This document shows positions 1 to 12,080 of a DNA stretch of 62,777 nt, one piece after another. A model generated the notes under the pieces. That model ran no database searches. It saw nothing but the letters and a program-made list of their open reading frames with translations, and was not told where the DNA came from. The stretch is from Cirrosporium novae-zelandiae (taxonomy: Eukaryota), in the NCBI GenBank assembly GCA_026023565.1, contig JAPETS010000047.1, positions 124,001 through 186,777 of the forward strand, written 5' to 3'. The position numbers and the translations under genes were made by a program. Within the stretch, counting starts at the first letter, position 1; the number at the start of each line of letters is the position of its first letter.

Positions 1-1672
1 GCTAGGCTCTGAGAAAGTATTTATCAGTACCTTTAATCCAGGTTCCTACCACAAAAGAAGCTGGGTGCCTACGAGGACATTGTAAGAATTGATTTGAGAC
101 GAAGTAGATTCTCTGGCACTGGAAACATCCTTTGGAAATTTAAAAAGAGGAGGTTGTCGATGATACCATTCATCCAGTCGGCTTTCTTGGAGAGTGACCA
201 TCTGCATAATATCTCGTGGATGGCAATAGGCTTGATCAATGGTATAAAGCTCGCTCAGGGTTCGGTTCAAGTGAATCCTCAGCCAAATGTGGGCGGTCAT
301 AGTATTGGTATCCAATGAAGGCAAATATGGCGACGGGATGCTATTAGGCAATAAAAGCCCACTACTAAGTCTCTCTGATATTTCTGAACTCGTCGGTGAG
401 GGAGTCCCATCAACATGAGTCAGAAAATCACTTGATAAAGTGATATCAGCAATTTCAGCAAGACCATCCAACAGATTTAAGATATCCTTACCTTTCCTGC
501 AGAAAATGAATATTCAAACAAGCTGGCCAATGTGCTGGAATAGTCAGATCCTTCCAGCCCCTTGAAAGCTGTCAACCAAATGGTGATATCAATACGGGAG
601 AGGCGTAAACCCCATAATAAACAACCTAAATCTTACCTTTTAGCCCTCCTAGCAAGTCTATCACCAACCATCTCGATCATCCGAAGCGCATGATGTGGTC
701 GTAGAAAACATATTGAGAAAATAATCACTGTAACTTGAAGTATGGGAATTGCGGTTTCATCAGGAAGAAAGTTTACCTTCCAAAAATGGGAGAGGGCTAT
801 CCTGAAGCATGTATCAAAAGAGGCAGAAAGCGAAAAGCCCTGGTAGTTGGCAATGATAATTGACTCCTCAAATCGAGCTTGATGGAGCGCAATTGTCAGG
901 ATTAAGAGTTCTTGGACTGAGCAAGCCGTCAACTGAAGCTGAACTTCGCCACCATCGATGCTTTGTGGGGGACAACGAGACCGCATGAGAGTCAGAATTT
1001 CATTCCGAGATATGGGAGAGCAATGATGTAATAGCTCCAGCAGGTCAATGCCCAAATCTGTAGCCTCAAAAAGCGCCTCAACACTAGCGATGGCCGAAGA
1101 AAGAGGAATGGTTGGTGAGCCATTCAGAGAGTTCCTCGTATCGACATCAAATGGATGGGCTTGTTCGGTGCGTTGAAGGTATTGCAGAGGCTCTATATTC
1201 GGAAGCGTAAGACATAGCCGGATTCTTGGCCAACATTGCGGCATTCGAAAGGTAGCCGCTGTATGAAGCTCTGGGAAGTGTGGATTCGGAGGAGAAATGT
1301 CACTGGTGGTTGAAAGAGTGCTGGGAAGCGGAACAGGGCTGGAGTGAGAATCTCCAATGCCATGGGCATCCAGATTGTCCAGTCGAGTTTCAATGCGATT
1401 GAGGCGAGCTAGGATATTGCCATCACTATATGGATAGAATGCTTAGTACATTCCATATCCTGAAAAGTAAACAACTGCAGCGCTCTAGTTGACAGGTATT
1501 CATACTTCTCAAGCAATGTTAGGGTCGGTCGGTAGACACAAGTTTTACCGGCGGCCTCACAATGGGAGCAGGTTGGTCGTCGTCCATCACATCTAGACTT
1601 TCTCGCCCGACAGATATCGCAAGCTAAGGAAGCTTTGAACTTCTTTCCAGGAGGAGGTGTACTGCTTGACAT
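1..1672 (-). CDS. Zn(II)2Cys6 fungal transcription factor (3' end runs off the left edge of the window)
   Basis: ATG at 1672; ACDICRARKSRCDGRRPTCSHCEAAGKTCVY binuclear cluster. Intron 1505-1426 (GTATG...ACTAAG...TAG) joins in frame to a coiled coil (ILARLNRIETRLD). ORFs 633-1244 and 46-471 resemble the fungal TF middle homology region. Confidence 0.9.
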
Positions 1673-2306
1673 TGTGGATAGTGTGCAGATGGTAGAAAAG
1701 CATCATCAACGCCAGAATGATTCAAAAAGACAAGGGTCGTCATCGCCAGTGCACGCTAGTTTGATTCTGGTTAATTTCCGTGAATTATTTATATTTGTAG
1801 TTAGTTACTAGGATATTATGGTACCGAGATGTGGAGGTAAGACTGTTTCAGCCAGACGACCAGTCTACTCTTCTACTTGAAGCGTAGTTCAATCTGCCAG
1901 CCAGCCATAACCTCCACCAACATCTGAACGACTTCTGATTCCACAAACTTAATGATTTAGACTTTACATTTCCTTCATCTCCAGGGGCCGGATCGCTTAG
2001 AGAACCCCTGCAACGAACAAGGCCTTTCCAAAAACGTATCATTATCTGTTATAATAGAATATAGCAGTTCTCCACTATAGACAGAACCAACGTTCCCTCA
2101 AATATTACTCGTCTCTGTCGATATTTTACCCACGCAGGGACCGATACAGACGACAAAATTTGGCAGCAAATTGTTTATTATAACTCCGGTATCAGCACGA
2201 GACACTTAACCAGATTTGAAAAAAAAACCGTTAAAACGGCACCGGTATTGGACTCGTATTTAATATCATTAAAATTTATAATTTTATTGCTTTTAATTAC
2301 TAATCC

Positions 2307-2540
2307 TGTTGTGAATAAATTCAGTAATGGTCGGGGAAATAGGGGTGCGTAACAAGTAGTTGTATTTCCTTGAGGGACTACGAAGTACAGGTGTCCCCTT
2401 TTGTGGTGCAGACTTACTAAGGGATTAGTAAGTCAGCCCTAGCCCTAGTCTGGGTGCCTAAGGTACACACGCGGTACGCATGCGGCCTCTCTACGGTCGG
2501 CCTACTACTAAGTGGACCTCCTAGGATATTATTTACAACA
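2307..2540. mobile_element. Solo-LTR-like relic (TG...CA ends with terminal inverted repeats)
   Basis: Starts TGTTGTGAATAA (2307-2318) and ends TTATTTACAACA (2529-2540): an 11/12 inverted repeat whose single mismatch is C>T. 234 bp long, AT-rich flanks, no clear target-site duplication. Confidence 0.5.
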
Positions 2541-2730
2541 CACTATTTAAATAGTTATCCTACCACACAGCCTGAATTAGGCGCTGCCCTTATAATTAGC
2601 CGTCCTCTTCCCTCCACAAAACTTTAACAATAAGCATAAAAAAATTCTAGACACCCCCCCCCCCCTCCCCCCCGGTTATGTTATGTATAGATTAAAATAG
2701 ACTTTACTTTGAGGCACTTAGTCCAAGGGT

Positions 2731-2771
2731 CCGGTCTGGTCTAGGGCTAGCCTGGTCCATTGCCTTCACTG
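2731..2771. repeat. Dispersed repeat, probable DNA-transposon (hAT/MITE-like) terminus
   Basis: CTGGTCCATTGCCTTCACTG (2752-2771) matches 62706-62725 at 18/20. Both copies are preceded by CCGGTCTGGTCT. Confidence 0.45.
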
Positions 2772-3299
2772 AAGTTGTTGTGAAAAAAATATTAAATTAA
2801 GCATTAAGACTAGAGAACTAGACAAATCAAAGTAAATCTTTAAGTTTATAACAAAAACTCAGAGTACCCCTGCTATTTAATAATGGTAATCCGAGTTTAC
2901 AAGTTCAAATAATTGCATAGCTCCTGACAAGGATTCATGGGCGATAATGGATGAGTTTGAGGCATGTACTGTACATATACAATCGTTGGTAGTTATCTAG
3001 ACGGTAAAGATTTTTACGGTTTCTGTGTACAACAAGAAACATGTTTATCTCTACGCTTCTCGGGATGGTGAATCATCGGATGCGGCGTTTCGAATGCAAT
3101 GTTCTTGGTTCTCGGTTCGGCCGCGCGCTGGCGATGATTTCACGTATCTTAGAAGACGTTAATGACAATGATTCAATTCCTGGAGCAACCCATGGCACTA
3201 TTCGTCAAGGATTGCACCCATTAATGCTTACTCTGGCATGTCTGGCAAAGAGAGATTTTTCAACTCTGCTTCCTTATTTAAGTATACCACTAGTAGCTT

Positions 3300-5473
3300 T
3301 TATATCCAAGACTTATTTGTGTGCTTTGATATAATTATAGCGAGCTGCTGAATGGCCCCGACCAACTCCAAAGAAGCTGAATTATCACGAGCAAGGAGAT
3401 GTGCAAGGCGTATCCCAGTTTTGGGATCAGGGCGCCCGAACATCCTATCCGTGATAGCAGATAGAGATTTATATAATGGGCCCACCGTCGAAAGGTAGCT
3501 TGCTGCCACAGGGTCGGCCCCCCCACAATACGTAAGCATATTGATGCAGGAATGAACGCACCCTAGAGCATTCTGGATACCTTGTGACCAGGGGCCGGAG
3601 AAAAGTTCTTGTGCAATACCCAAAAGGAGTATTACACAAGCCGTGTAAGCTCCATTGCTGTCATAGATTAACTTGGAGCAAATGAATGATGGAGATGGGA
3701 AATGCTTACATTACAAGCCAGCACCTCCTATAAACACATCCATCTTGATAAAGCAAAGCAACAATCCGTGCTACTTGATGAGCTGAAACACTATACTCTC
3801 TATCTGTGGTCATACATCCTTTCACAAATTCATTTACATCTAGTTGTTGGCTGGCCTGGTTTTGAATTAACGTCGCAAGTGCGTGCTGGTGCATCTGGAT
3901 ATGAGTCCCAAGGTATACCATATGAACGAGTAGAACGGCTCTTCTCCAGCCAAGGGATATCCCTTCCGAATTCACTGGCATTAGGGCTGTAAGATGTAAA
4001 TGCTTAGGAAGCTCCTGGTGCCACCTATCTAGCTCGAGTGTATGTTTTCGAAGGGCATCCTTTAGAGAAATAGAAGAATGATTAAAATCCGTATAAATCT
4101 TTGCTGACAGCAGAGCGATCTTGCACATCTGGGATTGAAGAGTATTGGCAATAGACATAGGAAATTTGGCATTAGCTTCGCCACTCAACTAAATGGCATC
4201 TCATCAGCAACAGTAATTAACATTCCAAGTAGAGAATCTGTCGTACCAATGATATCTCCTCGTTTGTCAGTTCAAACCGATAGCCAAGAGTGGAGGAGAG
4301 CCAACTATAAAAATCAACGATCCATCCACTCTAGTAGTTATAGAGAGCCAACCATTCCATAAAAGCCAAAGTTCGGAGAATTCTTCTCCACTCCATCCAG
4401 TCCTGCGGGCTCGAATTTCTTGCCCGGGCTACCATGTTCCACCGAGCCATTTTTAATCCCGATGCTTTCATAGCTTTAGTATTGTTTCATAAATAATTTC
4501 AAAAAACTCACCAATCAAGACCCTTGCTTTTGTTTTCTTCTCCATAATGGAGAACATGGATAGACAGATAAAGACTCGCATACTTTGCATATCGTCCTTC
4601 TCAATAACCTCGTCAAGAAGTAAAGATGCATTTCGAAAAAACTGGTCTCTGAATTTAGTCGGAATGTCATCAGAGTCATATTGACAGCCAATAGCAGCAA
4701 TAGCACAGAGTTCACAGATATCAGATGCTTCTGCCTCGGTAGGAGAATGGTAGACTCTTTCAACAAGTTCCAAGGCATCTTCTTCTGACATCACATAGAA
4801 GAAGACAGCACCACAACGAAAGAATGATGTCAATGCGCTACGAGCAAAAAATTCCGGGGGAAGGCCCTCCTCGCCCGATAATGTACACCTAGAACACAGG
4901 GGTATGGTGTATCTCAGCTCAGGACGTATATGCTCAGAAGTTCCGGATAGAGAATTGATCCCCCATGGAGAGTTTAGATCTTGAGAATTAGACGTAGGAC
5001 TCGACTCGGTTGTATCGTCACTTGCTTGACTCTCGGAGGGAGTCTCGTCCCCATTGCGTAGCTTTCGAAGGAGGCTCATGGCTTCTGAGTCGGATGCGAG
5101 CTTCAACTGTGAAACTATGGTTTCGAGATGACGTTTCTCGTCCTTCAATGAGTCGACCGTATTCTGCCATGCCACTTTTTTTCTGTGATCAGTTTGTTCG
5201 TATACACATTTTATCCTACCGTGAATACAGCGCGAGCAGGTAGGGCTCAATCCATCGCACTGTGATTTGTGGGGTGAATCGTCATTACATAAAGTCTCTC
5301 ATTGCTCAATGAAAAGGAGGACCAACCCTAAGTTTCCGTTTTCGGCAGTAGGTGCAGGCAAGTGAGATTCGACGCACCCTATCACCATTACGATCTGCTC
5401 TGTCTGAATCGGCGGCCGAACTTGAAGAAGCATCCGATGGCTTGGGTTGGATGGATGAAAAGCGAGATTCCAT
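3300..5473 (-). CDS. Zn(II)2Cys6 transcription factor, NirA/Nit-4-like N-terminus
   Basis: ATG at 5473 (MESRFSSIQPKP...). The cluster ACTYCRKRKLR|CDGLSPTCSRCIHGRIKCVY is split by an intron and followed by DHRKK and EAMSLLRKLR. Further exons lie in ORFs 4468-5250, 3706-4188 and 3300-3623. Confidence 0.88.
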
Positions 5474-6339
5474 AGTTTGGAATACTGCTTGATGCAGACA
5501 TAGGCGCGCAGAGGCGCGCAGGAGCGTGGGAGCGTGGAAGTGTTGCAGCACAAGAGCCTTGACAGATCTAGTATTTAATTTGTCGTGTAACTGTGGGTAG
5601 GTCCCACGGTGGAAGTGTTGGGACTCAAAAGAACACATCAGAGTTAGGTGATGGTTATTTATTCCGAAGTGTTACCTGTGGCGCGCGATGTATTGGATCA
5701 AGGGTACAAAAACCTCTCCAGAAATGGAAGGACAATGATGGTAGGAAATCATATCCGACCCAATAAGGTAGGCTAGTTCTAGCATCTGAAGATGGGATCG
5801 GAAGTAAAATGCAAGGTTCCTGACTGACGTGATGAATCCCCGCAATCTTGGATGTGATGCTTTATATGAAGTCTAAATTACTTGGCCATTACATTCGAAA
5901 GTAAGGTGGCATTGATATCCCTCACCTTACAAATAGTCCACCGTTTGGCCTTGGTAATGCACGCCAATGAGCTTATTGTGCCACATCATATGTGGCTTTG
6001 TTGTCTTGTCATAGGAGAATTGTGCATTGTCAAACTAATTAACATTCAGGGCTCGGTTGCTCCTTGGGGATTGGGTTCATTGCCGATTAGCCCTAGAAGA
6101 TTCACATTAGTCTGTTTCAACCTCATGCAACTTCGTGAAGGATTAAGCATGACGTATAGAGATATATGTTAAGCACTTTGTTGTTGATGTGCATTGCATG
6201 CTGTGGTAGGAGAGTTAATATTTAGGTTCTATACCATTAGCAAGTTCGAGATCTTGGGGGAACAAGCCAAAACGCAAGGTGGGGAAATCCCAAGCAAAAG
6301 TTGATATCGCTGACATTTTTGTGTTATATTGGAACACAG

Positions 6340-6419
6340 TGTCGAATGCCATAAATACCAGGTTGGGTTCGATTCCCAAGGGCACGAGTGATTGGTCATA
6401 CTAACAGCAGTGTTCTTCT
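6340..6419 (+). mobile_element. tRNA-derived SINE-like repeat, copy 1
   Basis: Perfect B box GGTTCGATTCC inside a canonical T-arm (TTGGG-TTCGATT-CCCAA). 65/80 ungapped identity to 32033-32112. Confidence 0.55.
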
Positions 6420-6438
6420 CGATCCCGTCAAAGAAGCA

Positions 6439-6480
6439 GAAGAAGAAGAAGAAGAAGAAGAAGAAGAAGAAGAAGAAGAA
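6439..6480. repeat. (GAA)14 microsatellite
   Basis: Direct reading of the sequence. Confidence 0.95.
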
Positions 6481-6672
6481 TAAACCAAACGAGCCAACAG
6501 CTATCTAATTATCCCCTAGCAAAGACATGCCGGAAGAACCCGGACTTTGTAGTTAAAATAAACTCGCTTTGCACCCGGCGGATTCCTCCGCCGCCATGAC
6601 CAACCCTTTCAAGTTTCAAACATCTCCGCGCACACCAACATCCAACATAAATAAAGCCGTGCATCCCCTCCC

Positions 6673-6733
6673 CTCCGCGGAGAAGTACCAGGTATGGTTG
6701 AAATCACCACCAACTGTCCAACTGTCCGCGGAG
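6673..6733. promoter_or_regulatory. NirA-type binding sites (CTCCGHGG) upstream of the flavohemoglobin
   Basis: Palindromic CTCCGCGGAG at 6673-6682 and CCGCGGAG at 6726-6733 (CTCCGCGG on the minus strand). One-mismatch variants at 6586, 6624 and 6803. The exact sites lie about 590-650 bp upstream of the ATG. Confidence 0.55.
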
Positions 6734-7322
6734 AAAGGTAATTGTTAAAATCATGATGTCCACATGTCCTTGTTTGGTTTTTTTGGTTAGTCGTCTTCTG
6801 CCTTCCGTGGACTTCCTTCCTATTATCTTCAGGGGATTTCTAATTATTACGTATGGAGCTCTCATCGTCGTAATAAGCTTGGTTGGTGGTCCTGACTTTG
6901 CTTCATCTGCTTATGAGAGAGAGAGAGAAAGAGAGACGAGGAGGAGGGCTGTATCCACACCAGAAGGAAGAATGTGAGAAATCATATAGGCGGCTTCTTT
7001 TTTTTTTTAAAAAAAATCGTACGATTCAAATCCTTACTGGTAAACTTAGAGGAGGGCACATGGGTGATGGATGATATGATACTAGGAATTATTCATTCAA
7101 TCCTTGAACGTTTCTTTGGAGATCCGGTTCTATCTATTATTGGATCGTTCACATTTATAAAGCTTCAATATTTCCTACTATTTCATATTCTCACCACTAC
7201 CATCTATCTCACTCCTCTCAGAAACAAACAATTATTATATTTTCCACTCCAATTTTTACTCTCGCTCGCTCTCTCTCTAAAAGAAAAAAAAAGAAACTCT
7301 CCATTCAACCCTTCGTCCAACC

Positions 7323-8696
7323 ATGGCCCTAACCCCTTCCCAAATCCAACTCCTAAAATCCACCCTCCCCCTCCTAGAAACCCACGGCCTCACCATAACA
7401 ACCCACTTCTACACCACCATGCTCACGGCCAACCCATCCCTCTACTCCATCTTCAGTAAAACGAACCAAGTCACCCTGTCCCAACCCCGCGCCCTCGCGC
7501 ACGCCCTCCACGCCTACATCTCCAACATCTCCTCTCTAGAAAACCTCACCGCCGCCGTCGAGCTCATCTGCCACAAACATGCCTCCCTCTACATCCAACC
7601 AGCCCAATACAAAATCGTCGGCACGTACCTCCTCCAATCCATGGCCACGGTCCTGGGGGACAACACCTTCACAGACGAAATCCGCGACGCGTGGGCTGCC
7701 GCGTACTGGCAGCTCGCGGACATGATGATTGCGCGCGAAGCGAAAATATATGGGACCTTTGGCGGGTGGACAGATTGGCACGATTTTAAAGTCGTGAGGA
7801 AGGTGGAGGAGTCGAGTGTTGTTACGTCGTTTTATTTGGCGCCGGTGGATGGGGAGGAGGGGCCCCTGCCGAGGTTTGTGCCGGGACAGTATGTTTCAGT
7901 GCAGATTGAGGTGCCGGAGTTGGGGTGTCGACAGTCGAGGCAATATTCGTTGAGTGATGCAGCGAATCCGGAGTACTATCGTATTAGTGTTAAGAGGCAT
8001 GATGCTGCATCGGAACTTGAATCTGCAAACAGGGACCAGGACCAGGACCGAAACCAAAACCGAAACCACCCCGGCTATGTCTCCACCCTCCTCCACTCGC
8101 AATACCATGAAGGTTCCATACTCCAACTCTCCCACCCAACAGGCGACTTCCTACTCCCTCCCTCTCCCCCTTCCTCTCCCACCAGTACCACCACTACCAC
8201 CCAACCCCCTCTAATCCTCATCTCCGCCGGCGTAGGCCTAACCCCTCTCCTCTCAATGTTAAACACCCTCCTCCCCACTCCTTCCCAATCCCCCAAATCC
8301 CAATCCCAATCCACACCCCCACCATCAACCCGCCCAATCCACTGGATCCACACGACCCATTCCACCCTCACCCTCCCCTTCCTTACCCACCTTCATACTC
8401 TAAAATCCCATTATCCAAATCTTAGAACCACAATTTTTAATACTAATCCGACTGAGATGGATCGGGTGGGACGGAAGTATGATTTTAAGGGAAGGATGGA
8501 TTTGGGGATGTTGGTGGGAGAGGGTGGAAATAAGAAGGATAAGGATGGTAGGGAACTTTATTTGGGCGATGAAAGTGCAGAGTATTTTGTTTGTGGACCA
8601 GAGGGATTTATGAGGGATGTGGGGGGGACGTTGAAGACGTTGGGGGTTAGGGGAAAGGTTCGGTTTGAGCTTTTTGGGACGGGTGGGGTGGAGTGA
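7323..8696 (+). CDS. fhbA/YHB1: Flavohemoglobin (nitric oxide dioxygenase)
   Basis: Intronless 457 aa. Globin domain (FY..M, QPRALA, ICHKHASL, YKIVG.YLL, AWAAAY), FAD-binding RQYSLS/YRISVKR/GYVS, NAD-binding ISAGVGLTP and CGPEGFM, C-terminal FELFG. Confidence 0.97.
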   Translation: MALTPSQIQLLKSTLPLLETHGLTITTHFYTTMLTANPSLYSIFSKTNQVTLSQPRALAHALHAYISNISSLENLTAAVELICHKHASLYIQPAQYKIVGTYLLQSMATVLGDNTFTDEIRDAWAAAYWQLADMMIAREAKIYGTFGGWTDWHDFKVVRKVEESSVVTSFYLAPVDGEEGPLPRFVPGQYVSVQIEVPELGCRQSRQYSLSDAANPEYYRISVKRHDAASELESANRDQDQDRNQNRNHPGYVSTLLHSQYHEGSILQLSHPTGDFLLPPSPPSSPTSTTTTTQPPLILISAGVGLTPLLSMLNTLLPTPSQSPKSQSQSTPPPSTRPIHWIHTTHSTLTLPFLTHLHTLKSHYPNLRTTIFNTNPTEMDRVGRKYDFKGRMDLGMLVGEGGNKKDKDGRELYLGDESAEYFVCGPEGFMRDVGGTLKTLGVRGKVRFELFGTGGVE

Positions 8697-9321
8697 GGGG
8701 ATCATTAAATAAACAGCTAGCTAGAACTAGATAAATATATAAGTAAATGACGTCGTTTCTTTTTTTCACTACTATTCATTCCTACAGGTCCTGTTCATAT
8801 TTTATTTGATCTCATCTCATACTATCCTATCCCCACTTCCCTAACCCAACCAACATAAACCCTACTACTCCCCCGCAAAATAAAAAATAAAATTCCCACC
8901 CGAATATATTCCCATATACAAACCAACTACAAAATAATTCCCCATTCAAGGGGAAAGAAAAAAACGAAAAAGGAGTAAAAGATAAATAACTAATTAACCT
9001 ACCTACTTCATCATTACTCCCTGCTAAGAATGAGAATCAACAGGAGAAACATTTGTTGATGTATTGTGTAGTGCTCTAGAAATAGGAAAGCGTAGCTTGT
9101 TCTGTATTGTATCGTATCGTATCATATCGTACCGTCACGTCATTTTGGAAGTTCAAGCAGACTAATCCCCACCTCGCCCCCCGTCTCGCCGTTACTCGGC
9201 CTATCCGACAACGCCTCGAAGAATTGATGGTCCAATTTATAATAAAACATGCAGACCGATGGATAGAGGACGCCTAACCCAAACCAAAACACCCCAAACC
9301 CCAATCCTCAAAACCTAAGCT

Positions 9322-11044
9322 TCACTGCTCCTCCCCCCTCCCCGGTCTCAACTGCGCCTCTTCTCCATCACCTCCAGCACCACTGGCGGTAGTAGTCCTG
9401 GACTGCATCGTCGACCTCGGAGAAGAAATAGGTGAACTGATACTCTTGACATGAACATGCCCTTCCCCACCACTCCTGCTCCCACTCCGACGCTCACCAG
9501 CACTACTCCCACTATATGCACGACCATCCCCCAGCGTCGGCGATCTCGATTGCGATTTCATGAATATTGTAGCTCGGATTTTGCTGGTTAGGCTTGAGGG
9601 GTGAGTTGTACTTGTGGTGGTTGCGATGTTGGAGGCCGAGGGGCGGGATTGGGAGTGGGATGTAGCGCGGGATGCGGAAGGATTTTGTTCGAGGTCGGCA
9701 GGGGTGGGGGTTCGGAGGTGGAGGAGGATTAGCCAGCCTTTTATCATAGAAGTGCGGATCAGGAGGGCGAAGACGCAGATGCCTACAAACTGTATGTGGG
9801 GGTGGGGAGTTAGCGTTTCTTATTTGTTTCGGGTCGGACAACTTACGGCTATGAAATATTGGGCCGTGGCTACTAGGCCTGGTGCAACTCGGAAAGGGGT
9901 TGTATCTCCCAGGCAAGGCACCTGGTTCCCGCCATTCAACACAAGACATGAACTCCAGGTAAGCAGCTGCTTCTCATTGATGCGGGCAGTTTTTTGCTGC
10001 TGCGAGATCAGGATGGAGCCGAAGAAGACGGAATCAAAGCTAACGAGGAAGCTTAGCGCGATACTTCGCCATTGGAGCGAGAGGAGCTTGCGCAGCTTCC
10101 GCCAAAGCATAGGGTCATTTCTTCCCATGAGGTTCTGTAGGTAGATCCAGGTACAGTAGGTGGTTGCCGTGAGCTGGAGGAGGGCGGCAAGGCTAGAAAA
10201 TGCAATTAGCCAGCCCCAGTATGTGGCATACGAGTTTTGGTTGGTTAGACAGGTTCGCCCGATGGAGTATGAGAGGCCGGTAGCGGCGAGAGCGGAGGTC
10301 ACAAAGACGGCTGGGACAATCACAGCGCCGGTTATTGTGACCCAGAAGTAGCGCTTTCCTGGGTCTCGGTCCCAGCACACTCGGATGTGCATCCAGGCGG
10401 AGCGGAAAAGGACCCAGATGATGGCGGCCATAGCACCAAAGAGGGAGAGAGCCCCGGTCCAGGCGCATGCTAAACTCGTGTACATGTCGTTCGGGGTGAC
10501 TTTGTCGTAGCACAGGTTTGGCTTGGCCCCAACAGCGACAATGGACCCTAGCTAAACAGAACATTATCAGTAAAAATTCCATCTACCAAAGATACCTTGA
10601 AGCTTGCAAGCTTACGTGGATCATCAAGACCGCAAGAACCAATCCCACATTGAGATAGTGACGTTGACTTCGCTTGGCTGGTAGGACAGCATATGTAACC
10701 AAGATGAAGAAGAGTAAAATAAAGGATGCGATATGGATCCAATCAGAAGCGAACAGCACATTTTGAAAACCTATTTGAATCCAATTAGCTTGGCTCTTAT
10801 CGAGATGGAGGATCTAGTCAATACCATTCCGGTAAAACCAGTGCGAAGCAGGGCATGGCAGACAGCAACTTTCTTGAGCTACGAAAGGAGACGGTGCACA
10901 GAAACGGCCTCCGATATCTATACAATTCGGTTAGAAATGATCAAAGCATAGCAAGACTGTCAGTGGCCTACAGCCTCCTGTTGCGGGAAATTCCCTTTCA
11001 AGAAGAAATGGGGAAGGGCAGGCCGAATTGTTCAAGGTTGACAT
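9322..11044 (-). CDS. Fungal 7TM GPCR-like protein, GprM/GprN (MG00532-like) class
   Basis: Spliced start MSTLNNSACPSPFLLEREFPATGG|YIGGRFCAP...CCLPCPASHWFY, a Cys-rich ectodomain signature. Multiple TM helices in ORF 9820-10485; Ser/Gly-rich tail ending at 9322. Confidence 0.8.
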
Positions 11045-12080
11045 TGTAAAAGATTATTCGAAGCTTGGATATATAGGCGTATTCTTGTAGAGTGAGCAGG
11101 TCGGGCCTCGGGGATGTCAGCTCTTTCGTATCAAGAGAATGCGCCATCTGACGGGACGATTGAGGAGTCGTATTGCTGCGGTGATGGTTGATTCTTTGTA
11201 TCCAGATCCATGATTGTTGAAAACGGCCGATCAACAAATGTGGCTGGAAGCCACGAGGCTTTCTTTATCCCGCACTCATGGTTCAAGGTCGTGTTACCTA
11301 GTAACCATGTCCACTTGATCTTCAGAAAATCACAAAGTTGTTAATGATAAGAACCACACATGAATAGAAATGGGACGAAAATGAAGATGAAAACTCTTTT
11401 GCCAATGCTGAAATTTGTTATCGAAAAGATGATAATCAGGACTCAGTACAATAATATCCAAGGTCGGAATCCAGCGAGACATGTTGACAGTGATAGGAAG
11501 CAAATAGATGTATGTGATTTCTTTTTCTTCGTTTCTTCTTTTCTATATTTGCTTTGTTGGAAATGCCCCTCGACGGTTGGAGTTCATCAAATCAATAATC
11601 GGCAAAGGATGCAATGCCAAGAGAATAAGCGAGTGCCGCTTATTCGAATTGGGGAATTCTTGATTGTCGGTCTTTCCGAGAAGATTTCACTTTTCTGCCC
11701 TTGCTTCAAATGTTTACAAGTTCCTTGTTCCTTGAAATTTATATTGACACATTGTTTTTGAAGTGGGGGGTTAAGGCTAAAGTGCACGCATAACATTCGT
11801 CCATGATATAAATCCGGACGATGGATTTCTGTTGAACCAGTACTGTACCAATGAACTCGCGCTCTCGTCACCCCACTTCATGAGGCTCAGGAACCAAGCA
11901 AAAGACTTCATGGTAAGCACTAGAGATCTCTTGACACATTGGATCTATCCCCATTGAGACATCGTCCCGTCAGGATTTCCAACTATGCCCCACACTGGTG
12001 AGAATACTCGAGTCGTACAACGAACTTCAACCCTATAGCGGACCTCCAGCTACCATTCGGTACTTTTTTTATAGGTTGAT

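Noticed and set aside
6320..6400. Intact tRNA gene
   Set aside because: Only the T-arm/B box folds. There is no acceptor stem, D-arm or anticodon stem, so it is treated as SINE-like.
6974..7459. 161-aa ORF overlapping the flavohemoglobin start, and other antisense/overlapping ORFs (e.g. 24412-24921, 28677-29231, 9614-10144)
   Set aside because: Non-ATG starts or shadow frames produced by skewed composition of real genes. No domain signal.
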